From NCBI GenBank assembly GCA_025201805.1, contig MU619248.1, forward strand, positions 186,001-250,000: a stretch of DNA of 64,000 nt. The letters run 5' to 3'. Source of the DNA: Parasitella parasitica NRRL 2501. Taxonomy: Eukaryota; Fungi; Mucoromycota. This document shows, piece after piece, positions 51,720 to 64,000 of this stretch; the first letter of the stretch is position 1, and every line of letters starts with the position of its first letter. A model generated the notes under the pieces. The model did not search any database, was not told where the DNA came from, and saw nothing but the letters and a program-made list of their open reading frames with translations. The translations under genes were made by a program, and so were the position numbers.

Positions 51720-54346
51720 ATGATGGAAACAAACACAACTGCACCTGCTCATCCATACCAAACAAAGCCACTGGAACGCATGGATGTTGTCCGCGACGAA
51801 GCAACCATTGCCAACCAAGTACAGCGCATGTTGCTGATCGATGACGACGAAATTTACGACGAAGAGGAGGATGAAGATGAGGAATACGACGACGATGATT
51901 TCGTATACTCACCACAAACACCGATTTCAATGAATTTATCGCGAAATGACTCTGTATCATCTTCATTCAGTCATATACACTATGTTGACTCGATTCGAAA
52001 GTCTCGCCCATTACCACAGATTCCTGATCGCAAATCCTCAAAGGAATTACCTTCTAATATGACAGCCGTCTTGAATGAAAACCTAAAGAACAAAAACAGA
52101 ATGTCTGCCAAGGAGCTATTTCAACTACTAAATCAGAAATACATTCCAGAAAAAGAAGAGGAACAAGAGGAAGAGGCTGATTCAAGCGACGATGATTTTG
52201 AATACGGGGGAGTTTATGCATTGAAAACTCAAATACCAACTCTTAGACTATCAAATAAGGAAATACTTCGAAAATACTATGATGACCTCAATCTAAACTA
52301 CAAGATAATGGCACCGGTTCCTGAGGTTGATGAGGAGCAATTCGTTGAAAAACAAGAAGAATCAGCACAAGAAAATTCCACAAGACCAATTTCACAAATT
52401 TCATCACAAGCACCCAGCTTAGCAAGCAGTAGGAGCTCACCTACTTCTTCTCGCCATTCTAGACAATCAGCAGACTTGTCTGATCCTCCACTCGATTTTG
52501 ATTTTGAATTCAACACGCCCAAGCAAGCAAACGCCATTTTACAAGCAGAAAATAAATTACCGAGCCAGCATGAGCAAGAAATAGATAACATCAATAGAAT
52601 GAGTTCTTTATACGAAACCCCCACTAGCGATAATAGCTACAATACTCCTCAGCCATCATCGAAAGATGTTTGTGAAACAAATGCAAGCACAGCAAACTAC
52701 GTAGATGTTGTGTCAAATCGACATTCCTTGTATGACGATGTCCAGAAACTTGCAGATCTCAATTTAGTATCCATGACACCAGAAATCCCTAGTGCGCCAA
52801 TCCCCTCAACACCTGCTCATTATCACCCTGAACAATTTTCTCACCACGCAATGTACAGCAATCAACAGTACCAACAGCAGACTTCATTCACAAATATAAT
52901 AGACTCAAAAACGTCCATCGCCTCTGCAAGTTTAGTGTACGACAAAGAGTCGATAAAAACGTATCGTCGCATGGCTTCCAAAACCAAAGATCGAAATATT
53001 CAATTCATCTATACCAAATATTTGATGGAGCTGGTCGCTCATGATATTGGTAGCAATGATCCTACTGTAGTTGCTACTCGTAGCCGCTTACAAAAAGAAG
53101 CCGAATACTGGGTTGAGAGGCTGGCCAAGTCCAACTATGCATCAGCTTTGTATACCAAGGGCCAATGGCATCGTCACTGTGGTGATAGTAAAGCAGCTGG
53201 CATTTTTGTGGGCGCTCAATACAAAAAGGTTAACCATTCAAAGGCGTTCAAGTGTTTCCAACAAGCTGCAAAATTTGGATCTGTTGAAGCTTACTACGAA
53301 CTGGCAGAATACTGGATGGTGCGTAAAGACTACAAAAAGACAATGGAGTGCTATAGATATGCTGCATCGAAAGAGCACATTCTCTCGCTATATGTAAAGT
53401 ATCATATGTCTTTTACGACAATCAGTTCATTTTGCTAATTTATCTTGCTATAGAAATTGGCTAATATCCTTTTACGAGGCTTGCTTAATCAAGAAAAAGA
53501 TATCCAGCAGGGCCTGGTTTATTTGAGACAAGCTGCAGATTCTGAGGATGCAGATAGTGCTCGTTCGGCCTATGATCTAGGCTGTATTTTTGCAGATGAT
53601 CTCAAGAGCATCGATTTAGAAAAGTAAGTCGTTGGATATGACTATAATACAGCTTGCTAATTAAAGTGGATAGTGAACCTACTATTACAAGCTGTTACAT
53701 AACTCCCAATACGCCATCTGCAATGCATTACTTCAAAAAGGCTAATAGCTTTGGTTTGATCAATGCCACCTTCCGTTTGGGTCAGTTCTTTAAGCAGAGT
53801 CAAGAAAAATGCCATCCTAATGCATGGGAAGCCTATAAATGTTTTGCAAGAGCAGCCGAACACAACAACGAAAATGCTATGATTGAGTTGGCTTACATTT
53901 ACAAGGATGGCATCTCTGGTTACCTTAGTCCTCAGCCATTATTGGCATACCAATGGTGTTATAAGGCAACTGAGAAGGGTAATTCCACTGCAGAATATAT
54001 ACTAGGGTAAGTGTTGCCTATTAAATTACCGAATTGAAAATGGCATGTTAACGTCTATTACCTACATAGTACGTTCTATGAAAACGGAATCGGCGCCTAT
54101 CCTGATCATGCAGCAGCACAAGAATGGTTTAAAAGAGCTGCTTCCAAAGGTTATGGCCCTGCGCTAGAGAGATTGGGAATTGGAAAGGACTCTAGTAATC
54201 AGCAAACACACCATCATCCCCAGAAACCTCATGAAGAGGATAACTACAGTAATCAGGCTGGTCCAAAAAAGTATTACGAAGAAAGTGTTAGAATAGCTGA
54301 AAAGACTAGGCAAACGCACGCTGAGCAAAATTGCCAAATAATGTAA
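51720..54346 (+). CDS. Sel1-repeat protein, chitin synthase activator (Chs4/Skt5-like), C-terminal CaaX
   Basis: Acidic/low-complexity N-terminus. Sel1 repeats (KAFKCFQQAAKFGSVEAYYELA; AMIELAYIYKDG; AEYILGTFYENGIG). Ends CQIM*. Confidence 0.82.
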
Positions 54347-54895
54347 CGTTAACATTGTAAAAAGACTCGAAATCGACAACCGCATCTACAGAAGTATAAA
54401 ATACTTGTTATAAATATCATGATCTTTTAATATCGTATCAATAATTAATTAAAAAGAATGTAATGATCTTTGATTTGAATTTATTCCTTTGTAGATCAAG
54501 TAAATGTGTTCTCTTGTAAATAGTATTATACGTGCGTATATAAAACATAAACATTCAAAGCACAGTCGATTCTCATGTCAACAAGAGGATTCAATTTGAT
54601 ACGATGTCAGCTTTATTTCGCATATTTTATCAATTGATGCAATCTTTCGATTAAATTTAAATGCGATTCATGATTGTAGTATCGCACTCGCAGACAATCG
54701 ACGTTCAAAGTTACAATAAGACAGAAAAAAAAGTACAAATAATTAAAAGAATCGATATTAGCAATATGGTGTCACTTGGATAACTATTATGCTGCACATC
54801 TTTATTTGTCTGTGAATAAGGTTTGTATGAGTTTCCTTTAATATGGTTAATCCGTAAAGGTATAAAATGAGGCACGTGTATGGGAATAATATAAG

Positions 54896-55438
54896 CTATC
54901 GTGTTCTCCCACCTCTAATTGCTTCCAGCTTTGGTTTTAGCTTCGCAAGGTCATAGGAATAGGCTGATTGATCAGGACATGATTCGATGTAATTCAAGAC
55001 ATCAGCCACTAATTCTTCAAGTGAGCTGCTTTTTCCGACTGCAGATGATGGCAATTGCAATAGCGATGGAGATGGTAAATGATGAGTAGCTTTTTGATGT
55101 TGGTTTGGTTTGGTTTTTTTAGGCATGGTTTTAGAATGGATAGTGGTTGTATGTACTGGCATAGTCGCATTGACCGTAGTTTTAGTATAAGCAAGTGGCG
55201 ATGATATTTTGGCTGTATTTTTTAATGGTTTATTGCGATAAGAGAATAGTAAATCTTTTCCATAAGCGATACCAACTTGAGCATCCACTGGTCTCTTTAA
55301 TGACCTTTCAGTAATCCGTCGAGAAAAGTTTAGGAATTCATGCGCATTGGGGGTAATGGTTGCATTTACATTAGCGTCTTCATCATCCAATTCATACAAA
55401 AGTGAACTATTATGAGTAGTTGGAGAAGACGATAGCAT
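54896..55438 (-). CDS. small disordered protein with eIF4E-binding-like motif
   Basis: 180-aa ORF from ATG 55438. IAYGKDLLFSYRNKP fits YxxxxL-phi. Several S/T-P sites. Confidence 0.55.
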   Translation of the reverse strand: MLSSSPTTHNSSLLYELDDEDANVNATITPNAHEFLNFSRRITERSLKRPVDAQVGIAYGKDLLFSYRNKPLKNTAKISSPLAYTKTTVNATMPVHTTTIHSKTMPKKTKPNQHQKATHHLPSPSLLQLPSSAVGKSSSLEELVADVLNYIESCPDQSAYSYDLAKLKPKLEAIRGGRTR

Positions 55439-55465
55439 TTTATTATTATTATTATTATTTTTTTT

Positions 55466-55475
55466 NNNNNNNNNN
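55466..55475. other. assembly gap (10 N)
   Basis: Run of N. Confidence 0.99.
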
Positions 55476-55688
55476 TGATTAAAAAGAAAAAAGGGATGTA
55501 AATAAACCAAACAACTTACTTGCATACTATTTATTATTGTCTACGGTATACAATTAGCTAGTTGTACAGGTAAACTTGCAGTTGACGATAACCCTTTTTT
55601 AATTTAGATCTGCAAAGATTGCTGATATTAAAATAAGAACTATCTTATTCATCGTCGGCTCCTTTTTATCCTTCGTTTCGTTTTTACT

Positions 55689-56576
55689 ATGAGTAAAATT
55701 GTCATAGTTAAACTTGGAGGTGCTGCTATCACAAACAAGAAAGGAATTTGTGAGTTTGCGTCAGAAAATGAATTATCGGCACTCTTGGATCAAGTAGCAA
55801 CTGCCTATGAAATGTTAAAAGGGGCAGGCCATCAGCTAATATTAGTTCATGGTGCAGGTAGTTTTGGACATCCTCAAGCAGTGAAATATAATTTGAAATT
55901 GGGTTGGTCGTCCTTTCGTGACAGAACGTCTTACCTGAAAGGCTATGCACATATCCGTAGTTGTTTACAGAAACTGTCTCAAAGAATAATCTCAGAGTTA
56001 GAGCAACGAGATGTACCAGCACTGACCATGTCACCTATCGATTACATTGAAACAATCAACTGTGAGGAAACGCCTAAAGAAGAATTTATTGCCATGGCAA
56101 CCCGAGTCACCCGGTACCTTTCTTTAGGATTTGTGCCTGTATTGCACGGTGACGCTGTCTTGGATCAATGTAGAGGATGCACTATCCTGTCTGGTGATAT
56201 CATCATGTACCAGCTAACTCGTTTGCTACCGCAAATTCATCGATGCGTGTTTATCACTGATGTTTGCGGTATTTATAAATTCGATCCTAAGATACATGTT
56301 GAAAATAATGAGCTGATTCAGCATATAAAAGTTGACAGCAATGACGAGGACGAAATGACAGATCAGCAAAATGATAAAATGACAGTTGCAGATGTAACAG
56401 GCGGCATGCAAGGAAAAGTCAAATGGGCAAAAAAAATTGTTTCTCATAGTCAACATTATCTGGATGTTGTCATTTGCCGATGGGGAACTAATGATGCACT
56501 TGATATTATGACGCTAAAAGCAAAACTAGCACCGAATGCACTGATGACCATATTTACTAAAGATTCAATTTATTAA
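55689..56576 (+). CDS. isopentenyl phosphate kinase-like (amino-acid kinase superfamily, IPK/FomA group)
   Basis: IVKLGGAAITNK, LILVHGAGSFGH (IPK-type His), FVPVLHGDAVLD, ILSGD, FITDVCGIY, DVTGGMQGKV. Intronless, 295 aa. Confidence 0.85.
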   Translation: MSKIVIVKLGGAAITNKKGICEFASENELSALLDQVATAYEMLKGAGHQLILVHGAGSFGHPQAVKYNLKLGWSSFRDRTSYLKGYAHIRSCLQKLSQRIISELEQRDVPALTMSPIDYIETINCEETPKEEFIAMATRVTRYLSLGFVPVLHGDAVLDQCRGCTILSGDIIMYQLTRLLPQIHRCVFITDVCGIYKFDPKIHVENNELIQHIKVDSNDEDEMTDQQNDKMTVADVTGGMQGKVKWAKKIVSHSQHYLDVVICRWGTNDALDIMTLKAKLAPNALMTIFTKDSIY

Positions 56577-56580
56577 TTGA

Positions 56581-57636
56581 TTAAACAGACAAATAATTTT
56601 GTACAATCTTCTTGATTGATTCAGGCTCCCTGATATATACGTCTAATAAACGTTCAGTCGCCAAAGCATGCAAATCAGACGCATGATCGACCTGATTAGA
56701 CGTCAATAATTTGCTTGCACACTGAAAGAAAAGACAAAAAAGTCAGTATATGTATTGCCTATTCATGCTTTATGTTTTACCAACTGTAATCCGTAGAGAG
56801 CTCTCACATTATCAGTACATAGTTCCAAGACTTTACAGTAATGCTTCAATGCTAATGGCAAATGGTTCAAGGTGTAAAGAACCTCTGCATATTTAAGAAC
56901 AAACACATGATTCGAAGGTTGAAGAAGGATGATTTCCTCGCAACAATAAGCAGCCTGGTCGTACATGTATTTTGAGAGGTACATGTCACATAACTCTAAC
57001 CATGCTTCATGATCGTCGTAATAAGTATCCAAATATTTTGTTAATGCTTCAATCATCTCTAAATGCTTATTTCTTGTTTTTAACAATGCAATTTGACGCT
57101 TGGAAGCCAACTATAGTCAACTGATTAGTTGCGTTTTCTCTTTCTACTATGAACAGTTGCTTTACCATATTGGTATCATCTTCTTGAAGGATTGTGTCGT
57201 AAACTTCTTGTGCCTCGTCTAATTTTCCCTGTGCTTCAAATCGCATCCCCAATAAGCGACGAAATCTTAGCGATTTTTCAGTAAAGCGTGTCTTGAGTTT
57301 GTCGATACAACACTTTCAGAGAGAAGCTAGTTTTTAATTGACTTTATCAACAGTGTGTTAAAGGCATGCTTACATCAGCAAGAGCAAAATCTTGTACATC
57401 AAGCGCTGCGATTGCAACTTGCTCATAAAAGGGCCAGACTTTTGTAAATGAAATGCATAAGTTACAGGCTTTAAAAACTCGAACACCTTTCTCCTACCGG
57501 CATCACCAAGCTTGGTAGTATATTTATCTTTGATGAGTTGGGCACCGAGAAGAGACACCCGTTCAGAGTTACGCTCGTTTGTAAGTCTATAATGCTGAAG
57601 TTCCTCAGCTGCTTCTTTATTTTTGAATTTGCTCAT
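56581..57636 (-). CDS. EMC2: ER membrane protein complex subunit 2 (TPR)
   Basis: WPFYEQVAIAALD, LLGMRFEAQG, DDTNM/LASKRQIAL, LTKYLDTYYDDHEAWLEL, AAYCCEEIILLQP, LCTDNVRALYGL. Multi-exon. Confidence 0.85.
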
Positions 57637-58919
57637 TGACCTTGAATTAAAACGAAAAGATAATTGATATAATACTTGTCTCGCGTCCATCTATCATTCT
57701 GCCCCCCACCGTCACTGTTGGTAACCCAAACAGGCGTATCTTTAATATTGCTGGATGATGATAGACCTTCACACTGACAGCTCATATCGTCTCTTCATGA
57801 TGGTACCAGAACATTGCAAAAACTTCAAGATTCCACTAATTTTCTGCTTGAGGATTATTGGTCAGTGATTGCAAAAATGATTCAAAAACGTTCGTGTCTT
57901 GATACGAAAGCAAGATGTAGCAATTTCATGTGGGAATTTCCACTTTTTTCTCACTTTATGGTAAATTTAAAGAAGTTACTTTGAAAGAGAGCATATTCTC
58001 CACAAATACTTTCAATTATGTTTCTGTTGGCCCAGGGCTTGCAAGAGATACTTGACCACGTTAAACATGTTTATATCTTCCATCTATCGTGTCTACTCTC
58101 AACGAAATATAAACATGGCTTTGTTATGCTAACAGTAACAACATGCAAGATTCACAGTTTAAACTATACACAAATCACGTAATCAAGTAAAAGAACGTGG
58201 CATTGCAAACATTGCAAATAACGATTTTCTCGTGTTCCTCGAGTTAGTAATGCTCTTCTAAGACGCACACTGGTCATTTTTTTACAGGTTTTATCCAAGC
58301 TTTTCCTTGTCCAGGTAGTGCATCGCAAAAGAACCCAATACCTTCGTCCCTGTAATCATTGTTTTCGTTGAATGTGTTGTTTCCAATCTTTTTTTTGCCT
58401 CAGAAGTAATGGGTTTTTTTTACTAGCTTTCTCTTGGCCGAGCATTACTTTCACAATATCTCCAATGCTATGCTGCTTGTTGCTTGACACTTTGGTTCTG
58501 CTGTTTTACAGCTGTTTACAAAATTCGCAGTGTACAGTCTCTGCAAGCATTCATTCCAGTACCTTCAATATACGTTTTCGGATTTTACACTTGAATTTTC
58601 ATCAAATTCAGCCAAGTTGCAGAGATTGACATCCCAATTCTATGGGATGTAATTCTTGAGTAACATTGTCGGGACGGGCACTGTCGTAGATTGCACATTA
58701 CAATATGTCAACGACTACAAGCAATAAACCAGTTAGATAGCAATACGTTTTTAAAAAGACTGAATTAGAGTGTTATTGTTTCATTCAAAAGCTATCCAAA
58801 GATAAGATTGTTTCTGTCTTTCTCTGTGTTACAATCTCCGTACTTTAGTATTTAAGCATTCAGATCTTTTTTTTTTTCGCTCTCTTTCTTCTCTATTTCG
58901 ATCAAACATCCACACTTTG

Positions 58920-61900
58920 ATGAATTGTGTTGAATCAGGTATTTTACTTACATTCGGATCATATTAAACATGCTGCTGATACTCCCTTTTCACAGACAGC
59001 CGCTTTTTACATTCTCGGTAAATGCCAAATTTGGACACAATTTCTACATTTCAAGCGTTAACACTCATAATAGACTAGACAAACATGATAGCTCAGAAGA
59101 ATTAGATAGAATAAGACACAGCAATGAAGGATTCTCTACCAGTTCATCGTCATCCTTGTCATCTTTTGAACACCACGAATCATTGCGCTCATTTAGATTC
59201 TCAAACCGCAACACAGCGGCTTCTGGTTTAGCACTGGCATTATCTAAAGACGCTCAGCAAAGCGAAGACCTCAGCTATATCACAAAAATTGCAGCCAGTC
59301 TGGAGCTGATTGACATGCCACTCGCTTCAGCAAATACTGCTTCTGCTGCTGTTGCTTGTAGAACTACTGCAAATGGAAGTTCGACTCCAGTCACACCAGA
59401 TGATCGAGAACCTATCAACCACAGCAACATTAAGCGTTCTGCCTCCTTTGGTAATTTGAAGGCAGGCCGCCGCCATGGAACCTCGCTCATTTCAAACATA
59501 TTATACCCTTCCACAAGTGCAAGCACTACCGAAGAATCAGTAGCATCAGCAGCAGCAGCAGCAGCAGATCAAAATATATCAAGATATCTACCACAGAATC
59601 AAGCTGTAATCACAACACTAGATAATTGGAAAATTAGCCTCACAAATCACATTGCAACCATGATTCTATCTGGTTCCAAAAGAAACGACGCTCAAAGTTT
59701 TATAGGAAAGCATATTCTTGACTTTATAGATGTGAGTCATCGGCCTTTGCTACTGGACAAGATTGTTAAACGTAGAGATGACTACAATCAGAATGTCAAT
59801 TACAGCGGCAACGTCTTGATATGTGGTGATGTGGTATGTTGAAAACGAATTATCGTACACAGCATTGTAAAGAAAACTTATCCATGTACCAGATCCCAAT
59901 CATCAAGCAAGATGGCACCAAGTCATCCGCCTCTCTTTGGCTTAAGGAAAAAAAGAACCAGAGCGGCTCGTCCGTCTTTATTTGGATTTTGGAAGAAGTA
60001 TTTCAAAGCAGTATCAAAATTCGGTTAAACAGCAATACGATTGAATCCATTGACAACGACGATGCCAGCGAGTTGTTTGGCTATCTTTCATCAGAACTGC
60101 TCCAAAGGCCAATTCAGCAGTTAATTGCACAATACAATGCTACAGAAAAATTCTTTGGCTGTCGCACAAAGCTAAACGGCTACTTTCCTGTCATGATTGG
60201 ACACACAGATCAGAACACTATCCGCATCACCTCTATGCCTGCACTTGCAGGTCTTGTGACAGTAGCCCGTCGCACTGGAATTATACAAAGCTGCGACAAT
60301 GCTTTCTCCAAGTATCTGTTTGGCTATCCAGATATGTGCAATTTGCCTTTATCAAAGTTTGTTCCCCAGTATACAGCCTTGATTTCTTGTTTAGAGCGAG
60401 ACGAACTCCTGGTCGAAGGCTATGTTTTAAACAACTCGATGTGTTGCGACATTCTCAGAGCCAATTTATCACAAGAAACACAGCCTCCTCCCATAATATT
60501 GGCTGTGCACCGAGATGGCACCTGTTTTGAGATTGATTTACAAATCAAATTACTGGATGATGGAGATGCATATGCTCTCTGGGTCACATATGATAGGGAC
60601 GCAGTCTTTCAACGCAAGGGCCACAAAACTGGTGTCCAGAAGCTTCAGCAACAACAGTTTGAAAGGGAAACAGCTTATCAGACCATGCCCACCAACTCGT
60701 GCCTCATCCGCTCCAAATCTATCAATTTACCCAACACTCTGCAAAAGAAAACTTTAAATGTCCCGATTGCCACAGCCACAAATACCAAAGATGTGATGCG
60801 TGAGAATAATTGTCAAGAAATGCCATTGGTATCAACTAAAATCACCAGCTTTTCAAGACCTGTATTCAATTCTGCGCTGCCGAAAGCTACTGGTATTACT
60901 ACTGGCTCGGTTGATTTTAAAAATTCTGTCATTTCGTCACAGAGTAGCTGGCCTCGCGTTGGCGAGTATTCGGCTCAAACGCTTAAAACAGCCATTCAAG
61001 ACTATGAGATTGTGGATGAATTGGGTCAGGGAGCATATGGCCTAGTCAAGTTGGCGTATCTCAAAAGTGACTCAGCAAAGGTAATAAATGACGCCTCAAT
61101 CTGTAAACATTTGTCTAATCCGCCTTGAAGAAACGAGTTGTTATCAAATACGTGATAAAATCCCGTATTTTAGTAGATTGCTGGACTCGAGATCGTAAGC
61201 TTGGTTTGATTCCAGCTGAAATTCATGTATTGCACACTCTGAGAAGGATTCCTCACATCAACTGTAGTGACATGTGTAAGTGAAAAAAAATGGATATAGC
61301 AAGATAATTGCATATGAATGAATAACCGTTTGTTTTGTTATCTGTATGCTTAGTGGATTATTTTGAAGACGATGATCATTACTATATTGTCATGGACTTG
61401 TATGGTGTTGGCATGGACCTGTTTGATTATATTGAATTCAAGGAAAGCGGCTTGACAGAATCTGAAATTCGGTCCATCTTCCTCCAAGTAGTAGCGGCTG
61501 TTGGGCATTTACACGACCATCGCATTGTGCATCGTGACATCAAAGATGAAAATGTTATTCTAGACTTGAAAGGTGGCGCTCGATTGATTGATTTCGGTAG
61601 TGCTGCTTATACGAAGGAAGGGCGATTATACGAAACTTTTGTGGGCACATTGGATTATGCAGCGCCGGAAATTCTCAAGGGCCAACCCTACACTGGACCG
61701 CCGCAGGATATCTGGGCATGCGGTACTCTGTTGTATACGCTGATTTACAGAGAAAACCCATTCTATAACATCGATGAGATTATGGAACACGAACTGCGAA
61801 TACCCTTTGTCTTATCCCATGGTAAGCATTTATTTTATTTTTACCGCACATGTATTCACTGTATCATCCTTTGCAGAATCTGTTGATCTGATCAGACAGA

Positions 61901-61974
61901 TGCTGGAAAGAGATATTAACAAAAGGCTCAACATTCATCAAGTATTGCAGCATCCGTGGTTCAAAATGAACTAA
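58920..61974 (+). CDS. PAS-domain Ser/Thr kinase (PASK/Psk1-like)
   Basis: PAS-like segments (NQAVITTLDNWKISLTN; AVHRDGTCFEIDLQ). Kinase motifs LGQGAYGLV, ILVDCWTRDRKLG, HRDIKDEN, IDFGSA, FVGTLDYAAPE. Start exon inferred. Confidence 0.9.
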
Positions 61975-62167
61975 ACTCTCGTTGCCTCCACGCACAAACA
62001 CAAACGCACACATAACACACTCTTGTATCTATAATTTATATATCTGCTCATACCCATTGTTCATATTTTTTAATGTAATTATTTGTTGATTTTGAAAGTT
62101 TATACAGTGATATATATTTTTATATTTAATATTTACGTGTGCGAGGGAGAGTTACTTATCGCTTTTA

Positions 62168-64000
62168 CTACTGCAAATAGTGAATAGGAGTTGGACTAAT
62201 ACTCATAGCCATCATTCCCGATGCCACGTCTTCATCTTCTGCTTCGTCTTCTTCTTCGTCGTCACTTTCATCTTCCTCATCCTCGTCCTCTTCTGCAATC
62301 CATTCAAAGTAAATGTTGTCCACATACACACGACTACCGTCTAGTTTATAAGGATCGAACGGAAAGAAGGTCTGAACTGTTTGTAATAAACTAGCACTTC
62401 CTAATCCCGGCACAAACACCTCACGATTCTTTTCTAAAACGGGGTATACGTACATGAAATGCGTATTGCGCGACAGTTTCGCAAATTGGCGAACAACAGC
62501 GGGCGCGCACAGCTTGAGAGGGTTAAACTTGCTCATCACCAAGCGAGGCAAGTTTCGCAGGCCAACACACCAAGTGCGAGATGAGCCATTACCAAAGCCT
62601 GATTCAGGATGCGTCAAATGGCGATGCTCTTCCGCAAACATGTCGTCTTCCGCGTCTTCATCCATCTCCAGCTCATTGTCAATCACAAGGTCTCTCCAAC
62701 GGAAGCAGAAAATATACATGGTGGCTTGGACAACGGCATAAAACACATCATGCTTTGTACAATCCAAGCTGACAACCTGCGACTCGTACTGATCTACATA
62801 GTTATCGCACCAAACAGATAAGGTCAGAACGACCCTTTGGATGGTACTAGAATCCAGAAACTTGGCACGGGCAACATACGATTGAATATAGGCAGCGGCG
62901 GCAACGCGAGTGATGTTGGGCTTCAGTGGATCAAGGATGTGTTGAATTAAATGCTCTAAAAAGTAATCACTGTATACATTGACATTCAACGAGCAGAAAT
63001 AGAACAGTAAAAACTGCGTGTATCTTGATTTCAGCGTCTTGAGGACTGCACGATCGAAAATATCTACCAAAGCATGGAAAATTTCGTTCTGAACATCCAC
63101 AGAGGTAGATAGGCTGCACTTTTGAAAATATTGAAATGCTAGATTCATCATGGCATCCAGTTTGCGCACCATATTTTTGATCTGTTGAATAGAGTCTTTA
63201 CGGTCTGTATTATCATGAGACACTTGAGAATCGATACTAGCATCGTCTGACAAATCGGCCTCTTCATTGTCGAAATCATCTGCTGCTTCGTCTTCGCTGG
63301 CCTCTGACAGGTAATCGTCGTCGAAATTCATATCATAAACATCGAATTCAACATCTTCGTCCATTTCATCCAATTCAATTTGGATCTGTGCATCAATTTG
63401 AACCATTTGATCAATGACAATACCTAGGATCTGCTTGCGCAGCATAGGGACATATTCTGACACTTGTAAAATATTCTTGATATAGGCAGCTTGTTCAGCA
63501 GAATTGAAACGCTTGTGTGGCAGGAATCGGACCAGGCTCACAAACAAGGAGTTGGCGCCAGTAGGGATAAGTTGAAGGATGCATTGTAAAGCTTCATGAT
63601 GACGATCATATGATTGAGTTCGAGTAACTGAGGAACCTTCTGGGATATGAGTGCCTGCATTGTATGCTTGTTAATTGCTGCATATTCGCTCCAAATACAA
63701 CAAACTTACGGTATCTGAACCCCTGGATAAGCGCATTCAAGGTGGGCACAACATAAAATGCATGGGCCGAGACTAAATTCTCCAAGAAATCGATATACGC
63801 ATTGACAAATGCTCTGTTTCGGAAGCTCCAGTCTATCATTAAAGCGGCTTCGACCAATGTAGCGCAAGATTTGTCCAAAGAAGAAACTGATTGCGATAAA
63901 ACGACGATCCAAATATATAATTTAAGCGTAGAGGGCGCTTCAGGGCTTGAAGGGTCTCTACCGAGAATTTCAACCAATTCATTGTAGCGAGTAGCATTGC
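62168..64000 (-). CDS. RRN3: RNA polymerase I initiation factor RRN3 (5' part outside window)
   Basis: KLDAMM, SRYTQFLLFYFCS, RVAAAAYIQSYVARAKF, FYAVVQATMYIFCFRWRDL, NPLKLC, FFPFDPYKL, acidic tail. Confidence 0.92.

Overview
Intron-rich, AT-rich fungal genomic DNA. The gene set, short GT-AG introns and retroelement remnants point to Mucorales (Mucor/Rhizopus-like); this is inference, not a search result. About 17 host genes are recognisable: SREBP-type bHLH, single-pass membrane protein, CREB-like bZIP, CigA/O-fucosyltransferase-like, 4CL-like acyl-CoA ligase, FUSC/ArAE transporter, PDR ABC transporter, ABCF, PP2A-B55 (CDC55), LARP1, NADP alkenal reductase, Nudix hydrolase, Chs4/Skt5-like Sel1 protein, a 4E-BP-like orphan, isopentenyl phosphate kinase, EMC2, PAS kinase and a 5'-truncated RRN3. 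The outstanding structure is at ~26.0-34.7 kb. A ~6 kb cargo segment (27158-33210) is bounded by ~770-bp inverted arms whose outer parts are 3' tails of a non-LTR (LINE-like) retrotransposon facing outward. The cargo carries a frameshifted PD-(D/E)xK-like nuclease gene with a perfect 39-bp palindrome in its promoter. The whole unit is flanked by an ~888-bp direct duplication that begins with TCA on both strands. Two further LINE tails were later inserted at both junctions, each with a 9-bp TSD starting with TCA. This looks like a 'double-headed', LINE-tail-capped cargo element inserted by priming on both strands. Exon boundaries were inferred by eye and no database searches were run.
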